In this document: positions 61,050 through 64,000 of the stretch, piece after piece | Layout of the letters: every line of letters starts with the position of its first letter | Position numbering within the stretch: position 1 is the stretch's first letter | Assembly (NCBI GenBank): GCA_048628825.1 | Contig: CM109626.1 | Coordinates: 17,021,077-17,085,076, forward strand | DNA length: 64,000 bases | Source: Menidia menidia | Taxonomy: Eukaryota | Direction: 5' to 3' | Program-made: the position numbers and the translations under genes | Notes under the pieces: model-generated | What the model saw: only the letters and a program-made list of their open reading frames with translations | Databases searched by the model: none | What the model was told of the DNA's origin: nothing

Positions 61050-64000
61050 ATGGCGTCAAGGAGCTACAGAGTCCGTGTTCTCTGCCAGCGGGCGGCTGGG
61101 GTGAAGATGATGTTCAGGGTGCGTACAGTTTGTGGGTGTTATTGAACGCAGCATCTTCACTGTGGAGGTCACATAGTCAGTGATTCTTTATAAATAACAG
61201 TCTGTTCTACTTTCTGACTTGTACCTTTATCAGTCTTTGCTGATCATTTCTCAATTGATTGACTTATCAACATGTAACAGTGTACCTTTTTATTATCACA
61301 AATTTTTATTCCGTATTTAATTGTAGTTTTTATTTTTTACTCCTCGTATTGTTGATTTATTTATGCATTTATAATTCATGTATTATTAATAATCTTCCCT
61401 GTTCTTTGTTATGTTCTTGATATGCAACTCCCTCTCCTGTCAATCTGTTTGTTTTCAGGGTTATAAAGTGTTGTAACTATGTTTCAACCTTTTGGCAATA
61501 AGGACATATAATAAGCAGTAGACCAAAGATCTTATAAACATTAGATTTTTTTTTATGTCCACCTTCAATTTGCCTTATACTTAGTTTTTTATGCTTTTTT
61601 TCCAGCCGTTATCATTAATACAACTTGGCTCATTTAAATGTCATTTTAGGGCATGAGTGTCATGGCTCACCCACGTCCCCAGACAGACTTCCTGAAAGGA
61701 GAATTGCACAGGAAGCACCCGGGTGTGACAAACCTGAAGACTCTGCGGCTACCGGAGGAACTCCAGATAGCCGCACAGTCCATCATTCACAGTAAGCTCT
61801 CTTATCCTCGACAGAATCTCTGATTTCTCTGATGTGGAATCTCACGCACCACGCTGCCTCTCGTCTGTTTCTCCGCCTGCAGGAGCGCAGGTGCCTCAGC
61901 TTCCCGAGCGCGTTCGCAAGCTCACGAACTTCCTGTGGAGCCGCAAGCGAGCAGTGGAGGATGTGGCACTGAGACAGAGGGCAGTGAGCCTGGAGAAGGA
62001 GCTGTGGGAGAAAGCCATGCAGAAGAGAGCAGGTGGGTGACGGACTGCTCCGGTGACACGGACAGGAGACAATGGTGCAGAAACTGGAGAAAAAAGAAAC
62101 GGGATTCCTTTTGCAGATATGGATGAGCAGCTGCTGGAGGACCGCATCAGGAAGAGGGTTTTCTCAGAACTGAAGAAAACAACATATCACTGGACTCGAT
62201 TGAAGTAGCACATTTTATTCATCGTACATTTGGCTCTTTTTACAATAGATTATTACCATTTTAAACGAGGGATATCTTATGCACCAAAGAAGCTTAGAAG
62301 TGAAACTCTCTGCTGTTGGATGTCGCAGGTGTAGCTCACCTGTCTGCGTTTCAGGTTCGACGAAGAATTGGGGGTTGTGTACATGGCAGCTCGGCTTGCT
62401 GGAGGCTATGCAGCAGTGAGGAGAGCCCTCAATGAGGTGATGAGCGATGGGGGGGGGGGAAGTCCAACCCCCGGACGTCTGCTTTCATCTGCCCTAAACC
62501 CACATTTCTGTCATTTCTTTTGCTTTCAGATAAAGAAGAGGGATCCCTCATTTGCTCCCCAGTCACTCCTGGATTTTGGCTCAGGACTCGGAACAGTTGC
62601 CTGGTCAGTTTGCAGATAAACACATCCTCCGTTAATGTGATCTGAGCCAGTAGTTGAGCTGGACTTTCTGTGAAACAGGGCGTCCCACTCATGCTGGGGC
62701 CACTCGTTGAAGGAGTTGGTGTGTGTGGACAGCTCTGGACCGATGAACATTTTAGCAGAACGACTCCTCCGAGGTGCACTCAGCCTGTTGTGTTGTTCTT
62801 TTTTTTTTCTTTCAAATGTAAAAGATACGGGATTTGATGAGAAAGTGACGGTTTGTGTGGACTCTGTTTCACAGGTGACGACGAGAGAGCCGAACCTCAC
62901 ATCAAGCAGGTTTATTTCAGACAGTTTCTGCCCGTCTCTCCAAAGGTTGGACCCTCGTTTTTTGTTTTTTTACCAAAGAAAAACTTCAAAATAATTTGAA
63001 TTATTATTTAAAAATAAAGAAGTAGATATATGTAAAAAGTAAAATCTTTACAAAGTATCTTTACAAAGTAAAATCCTTTGCTGTAGCTCTTCAATGTTCA
63101 TCCTATGTGTCTTTTAAAATGTCTGCTTCGTTAAATAAAGAGTGAAAAAAAAACCCTGAGCCCCAGTTTGTTCCCTCAGGTGCAGTTTGATCTGGTGGTC
63201 GCAGCTTTCACGCTGTCGGAGCTTCCCAACACCAAAGAACGAGAAGAGGCAGTGATCACTCTGTGGAGAAAGACGAGCTCTTACCTGGTCAGTCCAAACC
63301 ATCCTCTGAACACAGAAACAACATCTCTTAAAAATATCATGGTAGCATTTACCTGAGGCTTTTCATTGGTGTTTAATAATGTATTCAAATTTTTGTTCTT
63401 GAGATTTTGGTGGAAAACGGCACCAAGGAGGGTCATCAAATGCTGATGGAGGCCAGAGACACCGTACTCATGGTACCAGATTTAAGCCCATAAGAATAAC
63501 TGCCAAAATAGAGATGATGTTGTATAAAAATTGATCAAATTAAAATGGCTCCTCCTCCAGAAACCAGAGAAAACCGCCCACGACCCCAGACCAGCATCGG
63601 TTTTTGCTCCGGTAGGTTGAGCGTCTCAAAGCGAGTCGCGTCTCCGTGTTGTTGCTGCTCCTCATTTCAGCCCGCTTTTTTTCCAGTGCGCTCACGAGGT
63701 GATGTGTCCCAAACTGGCTCAAGAGTCCGTCACACCCTGCAACTTCCACCAGATGTACTTTCCCCTTCCGGGGCCCGGGGTAGGACACCGCTTTACGGAC
63801 TGAGGGGAAAGCCGGTCTGTCTGCTCCTCCCTCCAGCCGCAGATGTCATGTTTCTGCTTCCTTTCAGCACAAAGACCGTCAGACGGAGAAGTTCAGCTTC
63901 CTGATCCTGAGCCGGACGGCCCCGGCGGGGGTGGAGGCGGAGGGCGTGGCGTGGGGCCGGCTGATCGCGCCGGTGCTGCGCAGGGCGCGGCACGTCCACT
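61050..64000 (+). CDS. mettl17: METTL17 (Rsm22-family mitochondrial SAM-dependent methyltransferase), at least 12 coding exons: 61050-61118, 61650-61791, 61883-62032, 62117-62204, 62355-62436, 62530-62603, 62679-62773, 62874-62944, 63180-63287, 63404-63472, 63677-63769 and 63868 to beyond 64000 (the gene continues past the window end)
   Basis: Exon 1 encodes [23 protein letters not shown], an Arg-rich mitochondrial presequence, with a gtgcgt donor. Later exons match human METTL17. [32 protein letters not shown] matches [57 protein letters not shown] matches [35 protein letters not shown] and [22 protein letters not shown] match TTYHWQEL and [39 protein letters not shown] (SAM motif I) matches [64 protein letters not shown] matches [71 protein letters not shown] matches [21 protein letters not shown]. 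...[11 protein letters not shown]...[14 protein letters not shown] matches ...EEKFSMVILARG...RITQPVLKRPRHVH. Confidence 0.9.

Noticed and set aside
1-64000. Prokaryotic-style features (CRISPR arrays, operons, defence systems)
   Set aside because: The sequence is clearly vertebrate nuclear DNA with spliced genes and microsatellites, and no such structures are present.

Overview
The window is vertebrate genomic DNA, almost certainly teleost fish: the genes are intron-rich with GT-AG splice sites, there are CA/GT/GATA microsatellites and CpG-island promoters, and there is no prokaryotic gene organisation. I recognise or partly characterise eight genes. (1) An unidentified proline- and lysine-rich multi-exon gene lies on the minus strand at ~1-3835 and runs off the window start. 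(2) An apolipoprotein-L (ApoL) family gene is on the minus strand at 8707-10533; the large terminal exon carries the ApoL Gly/Ala/Thr-rich membrane-insertion region. (3) An unidentified minus-strand gene at ~11860-19570 is built from tandemly duplicated exon units. The 5' half alternates MARCKS-effector-like basic exons (GGMLSGMFKKSPK) with Ser/Asp-rich acidic exons. The 3' half carries NPF-containing basic exons (KKPKRHNPFMP) and acidic exons. (4) tep1, the telomerase/vault-associated protein 1 gene, is on the minus strand at ~21496-41506. It has N-terminal repeats, a TROVE domain, DUF4062, a NACHT NTPase domain and a long WD40 array, plus a roughly 80-residue Glu-rich tract encoded in-frame by a (GAG)n expansion. 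(5) A ZNRF1/2-like RING-H2 E3 ligase gene starting with MG (N-myristoylation) is on the plus strand at 43355-46828. It is head-to-head with tep1 across a CpG island. (6) A Lifeguard/TMBIM-family gene (grina/faim2-like) is on the plus strand at 52208-54053, with an apparent 1-nt frameshift in a C12 tract of its first coding exon. (7) parp2 is on the minus strand at 54758-59922. Its first coding exon encodes a WWE (PAR-binding) domain that splices in frame onto the canonical basic N-terminus, WGR domain and catalytic domain. (8) mettl17 (Rsm22-family mitochondrial methyltransferase) is on the plus strand from 61050 to beyond the window end. It is head-to-head with parp2. tep1, parp2 and mettl17 are neighbours at human 14q11.2, so this is a conserved syntenic block with lineage-specific insertions. 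There is also an odd 1.3-kb tract dense in alternating poly-G and poly-C homopolymers at 48690-49930. All coordinates are read by eye from the printed sequence and may be off by 1-3 nt. The supplied ORF track uses alternative start codons (GTG/TTG), so an 'M' at the start of a listed ORF is not necessarily ATG.
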